From the NCBI GenBank assembly GCA_963727805.1, contig CAVSHF010000005.1, positions 1,056,001 to 1,120,000 on the forward strand: 64,000 nucleotides of DNA, given 5' to 3'. The notes beneath the pieces are model-generated. The model did not search any database. It was not told where the DNA came from and saw only the letters and a list, made by a program, of their open reading frames with translations. This document shows, one piece after another, positions 10,524 to 19,726 of the stretch (its first letter is position 1; the number at the start of each line of letters is the position of its first letter). Source of the DNA: an uncultured Nitrospiraceae bacterium (GTDB lineage Bacteria; Nitrospirota; Thermodesulfovibrionia; Thermodesulfovibrionales; Dissulfurispiraceae). The position numbers were made by a program, and so were the translations under genes.

Positions 10524-10533
10524 CTCATAGCAG
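10524..10533. repeat. Left target-site duplication CTCATAGCAG
   Basis: Identical copy at 13041-13050. The boundary is ambiguous (6, 8 or 10 bp) because the inverted repeat extends into it. Confidence 0.85.
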
Positions 10534-10556
10534 CTAGCCGGTTCGCAAAGGTGTTG
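10534..10556 (+). repeat. Left terminal inverted repeat
   Basis: CTAGCCGGTTCGCAAAGGTGTTG, exact reverse complement of 13018-13040. Confidence 0.93.
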
Positions 10557-10575
10557 GTCAAAGCCCCTATAAACT

Positions 10576-10618
10576 AAGAAAACGTCTCTAGCTTATTAAG
10601 TTAGGGGCGTTTTCTTTT
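10576..10618 (+). terminator. Element-encoded intrinsic terminator-like hairpin just inside the left end
   Basis: AAGAAAACGTCTCTAGCTT-ATT-AAGTTAGGGGCGTTTTCTT-TT; three G-U wobbles work only on the + strand. Confidence 0.7.
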
Positions 10619-10746
10619 GCAGAAGATATCCTCTGATGTCTTTGATTTATTTTGATGTTAACAGTATAGACTCAAATGCGTCGCGTAGCGTAAAGCTTTG
10701 TCTTGCAGGCGGGGAGAATGTCGAATTTCTCGGCTCTGACCGATTG

Positions 10747-11442
10747 CTAGAAGAACGATCGAACCCGCTTCCATAAGCGTCCGGGAGTCTTTTCGATGGT
10801 TACAACATCACTTCCCGGCGTCCAGCGGTACCGCATGTGTGAGTCGGGCCGTACATTAGAAAGGATTGTCGGCTTGAATGCGCCGATATTAATACCCTCA
10901 GTATCGCGAGCCGACCTGAAGACAATGCCGTTAGCCCCCTGGGCGTAAAGATAACTACCAAGCGCGTTCGTAAGAGAGTAGTCTTTCTTGTCTACCAGAG
11001 CAGGATATTTAATCTCCTTCCCAAGTATATCTATCATCAGACCCAGTACGGATACTTTGAACAATCTGCGGTATGTAATTATTTCCTTCTGCATCTTATC
11101 GTCAAATTCTATAACAGACAGCCGCCTTTGCCAGTGATAAACTGTCTCATAAACAGTAGTGGATGACGATACACTTCCATACCAAACACCAAAACGTGTG
11201 CCATCACTATATCTGGTGGCCTGCCTCACATTACCAAGTGCCGGACCATCCTGAAATGGGATCTTAATAATAGAAGACAGATCCTCCACGTCGGTCTCAC
11301 TCATAAGATTCTCTGCACGAGACATATTCTCTGGGTCTGAACTCAAATCATCAAGTAGGTTTCCTGATTTGTATATTGTCGGGATGTTTCTGAATACATC
11401 ATCGTCATAATTAACGACCTTGTTAACAATATCGTTAAACAT
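10747..11442 (-). CDS. RES domain toxin (MbcT/ParT-like, predicted NAD+-consuming)
   Basis: R (VFRNI), E (TRYSDG..FGVWYG..TVYETVYH) and S (GIVFRSAR) signature residues; overlaps the antitoxin stop. Confidence 0.88.
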   Translation of the reverse strand: MFNDIVNKVVNYDDDVFRNIPTIYKSGNLLDDLSSDPENMSRAENLMSETDVEDLSSIIKIPFQDGPALGNVRQATRYSDGTRFGVWYGSVSSSTTVYETVYHWQRRLSVIEFDDKMQKEIITYRRLFKVSVLGLMIDILGKEIKYPALVDKKDYSLTNALGSYLYAQGANGIVFRSARDTEGINIGAFKPTILSNVRPDSHMRYRWTPGSDVVTIEKTPGRLWKRVRSFF

Positions 11443-11858
11443 CAGCGACCCCTTTCAAAATCGAGATACCTCTTCACCATAAGAAGTCCAAGAAACCCTT
11501 CCTCACGCATAACCTGGACTGGCGACTTACCGCCAAAATCCATGTTGGGCAGCGTCGCCCACCTATAAACTATCTCCCTGTTCTCGGGAAAAAGAATCCT
11601 AAGTGAACGATGAATGCTGAACAGATTTTTAACCCTGTCCAAAAGATCGCGGCTGTCAGCAAGAGGCTCGCCCTTTCTATACCGATTCAGTGTCATTCGT
11701 GATGTTTCGGAAAGCCCTAGAAGCGCCAATTGATCATCAACCGGCAACCCCCAGTGTTCGAATAGCCGCATTACCATTTTTGCATAGGCAGCACGGTCCT
11801 CCCTGCTTCTGGAATTACCTGCTTTCGTATGTTCTATAGACTCGGCAATCTTCGTCAT
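11442..11858 (-). CDS. Xre/MbcA/ParS antitoxin (DUF2384-type C-terminus)
   Basis: LFEHWGL..DQLALLG HTH-like region; W...PN.DFGGKSP..M..G..GL..V.RYLD..RG C-terminal signature; upstream of RES. Confidence 0.88.
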   Translation of the reverse strand: MTKIAESIEHTKAGNSRSREDRAAYAKMVMRLFEHWGLPVDDQLALLGLSETSRMTLNRYRKGEPLADSRDLLDRVKNLFSIHRSLRILFPENREIVYRWATLPNMDFGGKSPVQVMREEGFLGLLMVKRYLDFERGR

Positions 11859-11877
11859 AGCAACACCTCATTATTTC

Positions 11878-11917
11878 TTGATATATATATTGTATCAAAA
11901 GCTACATAAGATAGCAA
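11878..11917 (-). promoter_or_regulatory. Sigma70-type promoter of the TA operon with overlapping palindromes (candidate autoregulatory operators)
   Basis: Minus strand TTGCTA-17-TACAAT; inverted repeats TTGATA..TATCAA and GCTA..TAGC. Confidence 0.5.
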
Positions 11918-11942
11918 CCAAAGTCCCCACATTAAAGGCGGC

Positions 11943-12380
11943 TTAAGGACTTGATTCCACAATCATGACGTGATCGCCCTTGGAAATCTTCTGTCTCCCG
12001 AATCTGGAAAACCCCAAAACTCTGCCTGTTGGCTCACACTCGCCAACACGTACCGATTCCGATTGCCAGTTGCATTCATATAATGGCTGGGCATACCTTT
12101 TTATAAGACACTTAGGGCATGGTACATACGCTGGCATCCTGCTGGCGGGGTAAAAACATTTTTTCAAGAAGCGATAGAAACCTCCAATGAATGTATCTGG
12201 TATTTTGCCCCTCCAATACTTGATGAAAAACTCTACACAGCAAGACGGGATATTACTATGTTTACCACAATTACGATGGCGCCGAACAACAGCCTCCTCA
12301 ATTGTCTCTCTATTAAGGTAATCAAATAAATCCCGCCACTCTTTAGTCTCATAGAAACTATTACGATGTTTATTCTCCAT
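11943..12380 (-). CDS. Cys-rich hypothetical protein (IPSCC...VPCPKC), transposon cargo
   Basis: 145 aa ORF with AAGGAG SD; Cys spacing suggests metal binding. Confidence 0.65.
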   Translation of the reverse strand: MENKHRNSFYETKEWRDLFDYLNRETIEEAVVRRHRNCGKHSNIPSCCVEFFIKYWRGKIPDTFIGGFYRFLKKCFYPASRMPAYVPCPKCLIKRYAQPLYECNWQSESVRVGECEPTGRVLGFSRFGRQKISKGDHVMIVESSP

Positions 12381-12496
12381 AATATCTCCTTTTTATCACT
12401 ATTTTTTGAAATTTGTCTGAACAACAAGAAATACAGTTCACTTACAAAACTGTTCGACATCGGGTTGTATACTTAGAACGCATTCAGTCCGAACCT

Positions 12497-12958
12497 CTAC
12501 GGAGAGAAACTACATATGATTATCACAGCAAAATTCGAAAGTGAATGCCCTCGTTGCGATCCCGCCTTGGTCTTGTCAAATAACTGGAAGCTTTGCGGGT
12601 TGTCCTTTATATCTTTGTCGTGGTTATCACAGTCCGTCTTCGGACAGGATATCGGGGAATGCGATGGGTGTAAATATTGCGAAAGCCGGGTTAGCTCTTC
12701 ATATATCGCCAGATTGCTTTTAGTTGTCGGGTATTCGCCACACAGGCGGCATTGAAGCATGAGGGTATCACGAGCTTTGCCGGTACCGACAATATAATTG
12801 TCTCTTCCCCGGTCTTCGGCTCCTGGGCCGCGAGGCTGCTTTTCCTGGCTGGCAGACACCCCAAAGTTGGGACATCCCGGATTCTTGCAGAAATTAACCT
12901 GCACATGCCCAACCGTAGGCGGAATCCTTAGCTTAGAAGTTAGATCATCGCTATCCAA
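12497..12958 (-). pseudogene. Truncated zinc-finger transposase-like protein (N-terminal fragment only)
   Basis: QVNFCKNPGCPNFG, CRLC and CPKTDC Cys clusters; KTKAGSQR resembles the InsA-type G-K-x-x-x-G-x-Q-R-Y-x-C motif but breaks off before YxCxxC; no DDE domain; starts ~60 bp inside the TIR. Confidence 0.65.
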
Positions 12959-13020
12959 AACATATATCCCCTATCATTATCTGATAAGGGATATATATGT
13001 TTGAACGGGGAAAATGTCAA
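12958..13020 (-). promoter_or_regulatory. Inward promoter at the right TIR plus RBS-sequestering hairpin
   Basis: TTGACA (13015-13020, overlapping the TIR inner end)-17-TATATA (12992-12997); long inverted repeat 12958-13002 covers the GGGGA SD. Confidence 0.6.
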
Positions 13021-13040
13021 CACCTTTGCGAACCGGCTAG
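13018..13040 (-). repeat. Right terminal inverted repeat
   Basis: CAACACCTTTGCGAACCGGCTAG. Confidence 0.93.
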
Positions 13041-13050
13041 CTCATAGCAG
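13041..13050. repeat. Right target-site duplication CTCATAGCAG
   Basis: Identical to 10524-10533; followed by AACACCC-T7, the 3' half of the split host terminator. Confidence 0.85.
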
Positions 13051-13179
13051 AACACCCTTTTTTTATTTGCTGACATCGTCTTTGACGTTTATACACCCTG
13101 TGCGATAAAATAATGTTTCAGTACAGCTGACCGGCATTCAGAAACTTTAGAAATTATGAATCCATACGGAGGAATTAGA

Positions 13180-14346
13180 ATGATCAAGATCGAGCTGGCG
13201 GACCGGGTCAAAAATCTTCCTCCCTATCTCTTCGCCGCAATCGACAAGATGAAGCAGGAAGCTCTTGCAAAAGGCGTTGACGTCATCGATCTAAGCATTG
13301 GAGATCCCGATATCCCGACGCCGTCTCACATTGTCGAGGCCATGAAAAATGCGGTGGGGAAACAGGAACATCATCGTTACCCTTCTTACGAGGGCATGCT
13401 TTCATACCGGGAGGCTGTTGCAGCATGGTATAAAAGGAGATTTGGCGTAACACTCGATTCGAAGACGGAGGTGCTCTCTCTTATCGGGTCCAAGGAGGGT
13501 ATCGGACACATTCCTTTTGCATTCATCAATCCCGGAGATGTGGTGCTCGTCCCTTCGCCGGGCTATCCCGTCTATCCTGTGGCGACCCTCTTCGCCGGAG
13601 GCGAATCGCACCTTATGCCTCTCAAAGAGGGAAATGCCTATCTGCCCGATTTTACGGCTATCCCAATCTCGGTGCTCAACAAGTCCAAGCTCATGTTCCT
13701 TAATTATCCGAATAATCCCACATCAGCCATAGCTTCGAAAGATTTTTACCGGCAGGCGATAGAGCTGGCGGCAAAGTATAATATCATCCTGTGCCACGAC
13801 GCGGCCTACTCCGAGGTCTATTATGACAATGAAAGGCCACCGAGTTTCCTCGAAATCGATGGGGCCATGGATGTCGGCATCGAATTTCATTCTCTATCAA
13901 AAACCTACAATATGACCGGCTGGAGGATAGGCTATGCCGTTGGCAACAGGGATATCCTTGCTGGACTCGGCAAAATAAAGACCAATCTCGATTCCGGCGT
14001 TTTTCAGGCCATTCAGGAGGCATCGATTGTGGCGCTGAATACTGACGACGCTCTTCTTAGGGGTATCAGAAACACTTACCAGGATAGAAGAGATGTGCTC
14101 TGTCGCGGACTTGGTGAAATCGGACTCAATGTCGCCAAGCCAAAGGCGACATTCTATATCTGGACAAAGGTACCGTCAGGGTTCAGTTCATCGAGTTTCG
14201 TTTCACATCTCCTCGAAAAGGCTGGCGTTCTCGGCACTCCCGGAGTTGGATTCGGCGAACCGGGCGAGGGATTTATCCGTTTCGCTCTTACCCAAACTGT
14301 CGAGAGGATAAGCGAAGCGGTCAAAAGGATCAAAGAAGTCTTATAG
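13180..14346 (+). CDS. dapL: LL-diaminopimelate aminotransferase (class I PLP)
   Basis: LPPYLFA, GSKEGI, LNYPNNPT and EFHSLSKTYNMTGWRIG; GGAGG SD before ATG 13180. Confidence 0.85.
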   Translation: MIKIELADRVKNLPPYLFAAIDKMKQEALAKGVDVIDLSIGDPDIPTPSHIVEAMKNAVGKQEHHRYPSYEGMLSYREAVAAWYKRRFGVTLDSKTEVLSLIGSKEGIGHIPFAFINPGDVVLVPSPGYPVYPVATLFAGGESHLMPLKEGNAYLPDFTAIPISVLNKSKLMFLNYPNNPTSAIASKDFYRQAIELAAKYNIILCHDAAYSEVYYDNERPPSFLEIDGAMDVGIEFHSLSKTYNMTGWRIGYAVGNRDILAGLGKIKTNLDSGVFQAIQEASIVALNTDDALLRGIRNTYQDRRDVLCRGLGEIGLNVAKPKATFYIWTKVPSGFSSSSFVSHLLEKAGVLGTPGVGFGEPGEGFIRFALTQTVERISEAVKRIKEVL

Positions 14347-14856
14347 ATGGCCGTGGTCTATTTGGGAATAGGGTCAAACCTCGGCGATAAACGGGATAAC
14401 TGTCTGAGTGCTCTCGAAAGATTATCGTCAAAAGGGGTATCGATCAGTAAGAGATCGGGACTTTATGAGACGCCACCTTGGGGTGTAGAAGATCAACCTG
14501 ATTTCGTCAATATGGCGGTTGAAGCGGAAACCGGGATGTCCCCTGAGGAGCTCCTGGGTACTTTAAAGGAAATCGAAAAAGAGATGGGTCGGGAGGTTGG
14601 TATCCGATGGGGACCTCGCCTTATCGATCTCGATGTGCTGCTCTATGATGACAGGATCATTCAGAGCAAAGATTTAGTCATCCCTCATCCGCTGCTCCAC
14701 AAAAGAGACTTCGTGCTAATCCCGCTTGCGGAAATCTCCCCAGAACGAGTCCATCCGGTTCTAAATAAAACGATACGGGAATTGACAAGAGAACTAATGA
14801 AGGGAGGACCCGATGATGAAACAGACCATGTCAGTCACCAGCAGGTCGAGGACTGA
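14347..14856 (+). CDS. folK: 6-hydroxymethyl-7,8-dihydropterin pyrophosphokinase
   Basis: YLGIGSNLGD, QPDFVN, RWGPRLIDLD, IPHP and R.FVL.PL. Confidence 0.96.
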   Translation: MAVVYLGIGSNLGDKRDNCLSALERLSSKGVSISKRSGLYETPPWGVEDQPDFVNMAVEAETGMSPEELLGTLKEIEKEMGREVGIRWGPRLIDLDVLLYDDRIIQSKDLVIPHPLLHKRDFVLIPLAEISPERVHPVLNKTIRELTRELMKGGPDDETDHVSHQQVED

Positions 14857-15208
14857 ACTTATCGATATTACTGACCAGGTACATGAGATGGTTAAGAAGT
14901 CCGGCTTAAAAGACGGTATCTGCCACCTCTTCGTCCCTCATACAACAGCAGGCATTACGATCAATGAAGGGGCCGATCCTTCCGTCAAAAGAGACATCCT
15001 GACGAGTTTAAACAGACTGGTCCCCTTCGATGGAGATTATCAGCACGCTGAAGGGAATTCGGCTGCGCACATCAAAACAACAATGGTGGGCACATCAGCT
15101 GTCTGCCTCATTGAAGACAGTCAGTTAGTTTTGGGGACATGGCAGTCCATCTTCTTCTGTGAGTTCGACGGACCCAGAACTCGCAGGGTTTACATCTCAA
15201 CAATTTGA
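14813..15208 (+). CDS. yjbQ: YjbQ/UPF0047 family protein
   Basis: PHTTAGITINE, HAEGNS.AHIK and LGTWQ.IFFCEFDGPR. Confidence 0.93.
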   Translation: MMKQTMSVTSRSRTELIDITDQVHEMVKKSGLKDGICHLFVPHTTAGITINEGADPSVKRDILTSLNRLVPFDGDYQHAEGNSAAHIKTTMVGTSAVCLIEDSQLVLGTWQSIFFCEFDGPRTRRVYISTI

Positions 15209-17025
15209 ATCTTGGACTGAAGGCTTTACTGGGCAATAGCTTTTTCTACTTGCATTCTTGATCCCGTTTTCGATGTCATCCTTTGGTCTCAGATCCCCTT
15301 CGATTGGAATCTTAGCAAGGACCTCCTCTGCGGTAGTTATGCCGAGTCTTACCTTGTCCCAGGCATCATCGAACAGAAACCTGACGCCCTGCTGCCGCGC
15401 CGCTTCAGCCAGTTCCACTTCCGTGACTTTCTGAAACAACATCATCTTTATGCCCTGGGAGATGGGAAGATATTCGTAAATGGCTGTCCTCCCTTGATAG
15501 CCAGTATTATAACAATACTGGCAACCCTCCCCTTTGAAGTGCTTTGTCATCCCCGGCAGTCCGAAGCTCTCTATGAAAGCCGCAAGCTCAGCTTCAACCT
15601 CGCGCTCCACTTTGCAGCGAGTGCATATCTTCTTAACGAGACGTTGCGCGAGAATGCAGCTCAATGCCGATCCGAGAAGATAGGAGGGGATGCCGATATC
15701 CATGAGGCGCGTGATGGTAGCAGCCGTGCTGTTCGTATGGAGTGTGGTCAAAACGAGATGCCCGGTCATGGAAGCCCGCATGGCTATCTCGGCCGTTTCG
15801 CTGTCACGAATCTCGCCAATCTTAATGACATCAGGGTCTTGACGGAGAACCGAGCGAAGAATACTGGGAAAGGTCCTTCCAATATCGTCATTGACTTGTA
15901 TCTGGGTAATCCCTTCTATCTTATATTCGACGGGGTCTTCTATAGTAACAATGTTTCTGGTCTCAGCCATCATATGCCTAAGGACGGCATAAAGTGACGT
16001 AGTCTTGCCGCTCCCCGTTGGTCCCGTAACGATGAGCATTCCCTGGGCCGCCTGAGAACAGCCGAGATAGAATTCCTCATCTCCTCAGGCATGCCGAGTT
16101 CCGGAAGCGTAACCACACCCGCGCTCTGGTCGAGGATCCTGATGACCACCTTTTCTCCATATATGGAGGGGATGGTCGATATCCTAAGATCAATTTCCTT
16201 TTCCTGATGGGTGACGTGACTGCTACCGTCCTGGGGCAGGCGCCGCTTGGTGCTATCGAGGCTTGAAATAATTTTTATGCGGGAGATGACGGACTCATGA
16301 ATATTACGATCATACGTGAAAATATTCCTCAGGTCACCGTCAACACGAAACCTTACCTGAACAATCCTCCTGCGAGGCTCGATGTGAATATCGCTCACCC
16401 TCATCTTTATAGCCTCGGCGATCATCATGGCAACGAGCTTGACGATTGGAGGGGCCTTGCTTTTCGAATACAGCGACTCGATATTTGAATCCGTCTCTTC
16501 CGCCTTAGGCACCTCGGAGAACTGGATTTCCTTGTCGGCACTAATATTTGAGCTGTAGAGGTCGAGGAGTTCAGGGCTGTCGACACCCTCGACATAATAA
16601 CGTTCTATAGCAGCAAAAATGGAGTTTTCGTACGAGATGATGGGAGATACTCTGAGCTTGGTGTTGAACGCTATATCATCAATTGCCCGGTAATCAAGAG
16701 GATCGGCCATTACGAGGAATAGGGTCGATTCCCTTTTTTCGAGAGGGAGGATGAGGTTCTGTTTTACCATCTTCTTGGGGATAATGGTCTTCAGTTCCAG
16801 AGCGAGCTCACATTCGACATTATCCAGGAATTCTATAATCGGCAGCGAATACTTTTCAGCCAACCCTTCGACAATCTGTTCCCTCGTGACATAGTTCATG
16901 GCAATCAAGCTTTCACCGATTTTCTTCCTGGTTACTTTCTATTGTGCAAGGGCTTCTTCGATCTGCTCCCCCGTGATTAGCCCCTGCTCCAGCAATATTT
17001 CCCCTAACTTTCTCCGTGGTGCCAT
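15197..17025 (-). pseudogene. GspE/PilB family ATPase with MshEN domain, disrupted by an in-frame TAG (16939-16941) and a 1-nt frameshift (~16045)
   Basis: ATG 17025 gives MAPRRKLGEILLEQGLITGEQIEEALAQ*KVTRKKIGESL...; middle ORF has SDIHIEP and RRLPQDG; Walker A (GPTGSGKTT) continues in another frame. Confidence 0.88.
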
Positions 17026-17126
17026 GAATTAAATATAACATTTTGGGGATAGCAAACACTGTCCTCGGGGTTGTCCAAAAATGGCATGTTAATGTTAAAA
17101 TTAACAAATTGCTTCAGGAGGCTCCT

Positions 17127-17897
17127 ATGTTGAACATGAAGTCCGTGGACCCGGTCAGGCTATCCACAAACGCAAAGTTCCGGTTTCGCTGTCATAAAAG
17201 TATCAGTTGTTTCACAAAATGCTGCAGTAATATCGAGATAATGCTTACCCCATACGATATTGTAAGACTGAAGAACCATCTCAAATTGTCATCCGGTGAA
17301 TTTCTTAATGCTTATACCTATGTCGAGATAGAGGATAAATCATCCCACCCCTTCGTATTCCTGAAAATGAAGGAGGACAAGGACCGGAAATGCCCGTTTG
17401 TGACCGAGGAGGGATGCACCATCTATGATAACAGGCCCGCCAACTGCAGATATTATCCAATTGGACAGGCATCGCTCAAAAAGAAGGACGATACAATCAA
17501 CGAACTCATCACCGAAGAGTTCTATTTCTTCGTCAGGGAAGAGCACTGCCTCGGGTTCAATGAGGAGACTGAATGGACCATCGGCCAGTGGCGTGATGAC
17601 CAGGGTGTCGATATATACGATGAAATGAACAGGGGCTGGAAAGAGATACTTTTTCGGAGAAACCTCCCGGGCAATTCCCTTGATGAAAAGAAGCAGAAGG
17701 CTTTTTACATGGCCTGTTACGACGTCGATCGCTTCAAACGATTCGTCTTCGAGAGCCCCTTTCTTCAGCACTTCGATATCGCCCCCGCGAGGCTCGAAAA
17801 GATGAGGAGTGACGAGATTGAGCTCATGAAGTTCGGCTTCGACTACACGAAATTCATTCTAGGATTGGAAGAGACACTGAAACTCAAAAAGAAATAG
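17127..17897 (+). CDS. YkgJ family cysteine-cluster (CxxxxxCxxxCC) protein
   Basis: FRCHKSISCFTKCC, KCPFV...GCTIYDNRP.NCRYYP; AGGAGG SD before ATG 17127. Confidence 0.88.
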   Translation: MLNMKSVDPVRLSTNAKFRFRCHKSISCFTKCCSNIEIMLTPYDIVRLKNHLKLSSGEFLNAYTYVEIEDKSSHPFVFLKMKEDKDRKCPFVTEEGCTIYDNRPANCRYYPIGQASLKKKDDTINELITEEFYFFVREEHCLGFNEETEWTIGQWRDDQGVDIYDEMNRGWKEILFRRNLPGNSLDEKKQKAFYMACYDVDRFKRFVFESPFLQHFDIAPARLEKMRSDEIELMKFGFDYTKFILGLEETLKLKKK

Positions 17898-18418
17898 CCA
17901 CCAAAGAGCGGAAGTCAGCAATTGAAGGCTCCTGCTTTTTTTATGCAAAAAAACTGAAGGTATAACCGAGAACGTGAACTCGAATCTCCCTTTTAAGAAT
18001 CCGATGTCCTCTCTGCTCATTTGCTTGGCTTATATACCGTTATTCTCGTGGCTGACAAAAGCGTCCAACTGCGAAGTCGGCTCCGGAAAGACTACAGAAA
18101 GTTTTCGACATACTATTTCTGAAACCATAGACAAATAGTCCGCGACATCATTCAACCGTCTGTCGCCCTTCAGATGATACTGGGCTTCGGACAGTTATCT
18201 TCCATCCGAAACAACAATTGGCAAACAGGGTGTCCTCGGCTCTGCCGTTTGCATCAACATAGGCGGCAAGCAGTAACTTCTTTTCAGGCGTAAGTGAAAG
18301 CGAAACTGGTAAGTCCGCATTTCCATCACTGTGCTATAAGTTGCATCGTATTATCGTTTTATCTATTTGTGGAGCTGTTTGGTGTATTTTAGTATTGATG
18401 AACAGAGAACTACCTGTC

Positions 18419-19456
18419 TCAGGCACTCACACATGATTTATAACCTGCTTTAAGCTGTCCGCAGGCAGCCAGGATGTCCTGTCCTTTGCTCTTCCTTATA
18501 AGAACAGTCATAGCAGCATTCACAAGAATAGCCTGGAATTGCAGTATCGTCCTCTCATCAGGCCTTTCGTACTCGGAGCCGCTGTAGGGATTGAAGGGAA
18601 TGAGATTAATCTTGGACGGGATGCCTGCAAGAAGCCTGATCAGACGATGAGCATCTTCAGGAGAGTCGTTGATCCCTTTAAGAAGCACATATTCGAACGT
18701 GATAAGTCTGTTCACAGGCAACGGGTATTTGCGACAGGCTTCGAGTAATGAACGGATGGGATAAGTCTTATTGATCGGCATGATAACATTCCTCAAAGCG
18801 TCGGTTGTGGCATTGAGCGATATCGCAAGATTGACCTTAAGCGCTTTCTTACCGAGTTCAATTATCTTTTGCGGGATGCCGGAAGTTGAAAGGGTAATCT
18901 TCCTTGGCGACATTTTCATGATGCCGACAATCCTCACGATCGCCTCGACAACATTATCGAAGTTAGCCAGTGGCTCTCCCATCCCCATAAGCACGATATT
19001 GGTAATTCGCTCCGGCAGAATGAGCCTGTTAACACTGATCACCTGATCAATAATTTCGTGCGGCTTGAGGTTTCGCTTTAAGCCAAGCCTTCCCGTAAGG
19101 CAGAATATGCAACCAATGGCGCAACCCACCTGCGAAGAGATGCAGAGAGTCAGTCGGTCTTCGTCGGGGATCAGGACGCTCTCAATCGTCTCGCTGTCCT
19201 GCAGCCCGAACAGAAACTTCTGGGTGCCGTCTTCTGAGGTTTGCCGATCAAGGAGAGTGAGATGACCGATATAGGCCCTTTCTGAGAGTTCTTCGCGCAT
19301 CTTCTTTGAAAACTCGGTTATTTCTTCAATGGATTGAGCGTAGCGGTCGTAAATCCAGTGTATCAACTGCCGCCTTCTGAATGCCGGGAGTCCCGCATCT
19401 TTTATGAACGAAGCAAGATCCTCTTGCGAGAGGGCTTTAAGGTCGGTCTTTAGCAT
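18419..19456 (-). CDS. rlmN: 23S rRNA/tRNA m2A methyltransferase
   Basis: CISSQVGCAIGCIFC, MGMGEP and DILAACGQL. Confidence 0.97.
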   Translation of the reverse strand: MLKTDLKALSQEDLASFIKDAGLPAFRRRQLIHWIYDRYAQSIEEITEFSKKMREELSERAYIGHLTLLDRQTSEDGTQKFLFGLQDSETIESVLIPDEDRLTLCISSQVGCAIGCIFCLTGRLGLKRNLKPHEIIDQVISVNRLILPERITNIVLMGMGEPLANFDNVVEAIVRIVGIMKMSPRKITLSTSGIPQKIIELGKKALKVNLAISLNATTDALRNVIMPINKTYPIRSLLEACRKYPLPVNRLITFEYVLLKGINDSPEDAHRLIRLLAGIPSKINLIPFNPYSGSEYERPDERTILQFQAILVNAAMTVLIRKSKGQDILAACGQLKAGYKSCVSA

Positions 19457-19687
19457 TACCCATTATTGTATAACACTTTTGCCATGCTCTAACAGAGGTG
19501 CTGCTGCGTCGAAGAGGTGTGGGCCTTGATCACTTGACACGTCGAAGCTTTATCATCTATATTTATTCATGACTAGCAGAATGCAAAAAGTCAATCGACT
19601 TAGCAATGCAACGCGCCATAAAACAGCCCTGGCGGGGAGGATATCTATCCACTTTTAGCAGCTTTGAAATATACACAATGAAAAATT

Positions 19688-19726
19688 AGAAGGCCACGGG
19701 CTCAATCCCGTGGTCTTTTAATTTTT
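19688..19726 (+). terminator. Intrinsic terminator/attenuator hairpin in the leuA leader
   Basis: AGGCCACGGG-CTCAAT-CCCGTGGTCT followed by TTTAATTTTT immediately before the leuA SD; promoter-like TTGACA(19534)-18-TATATT upstream. Confidence 0.7.

Larger units (their letters stand above)
10534..13040 (-). mobile_element. Non-autonomous IS-derived transposon (~2.5 kb) carrying an Xre/MbcA-RES toxin-antitoxin pair
   Basis: Perfect terminal inverted repeats CTAGCCGGTTCGCAAAGGTGTTG (10534-10556 and 13018-13040); flanking direct repeat; truncated transposase-like ORF next to one end; empty site rebuilds a terminator. Confidence 0.9.

Noticed and set aside
16939..16941. In-frame TAG as pyrrolysine or read-through
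   Set aside because: It replaces a conserved Gln (one C>T change) and the same gene has a frameshift; decay or error is simpler.
17950..18400. Protein-like minus-strand fragments between the YkgJ gene and rlmN
   Set aside because: Short, frameshifted and without recognisable motifs; may be a decayed gene but cannot be supported without a search.
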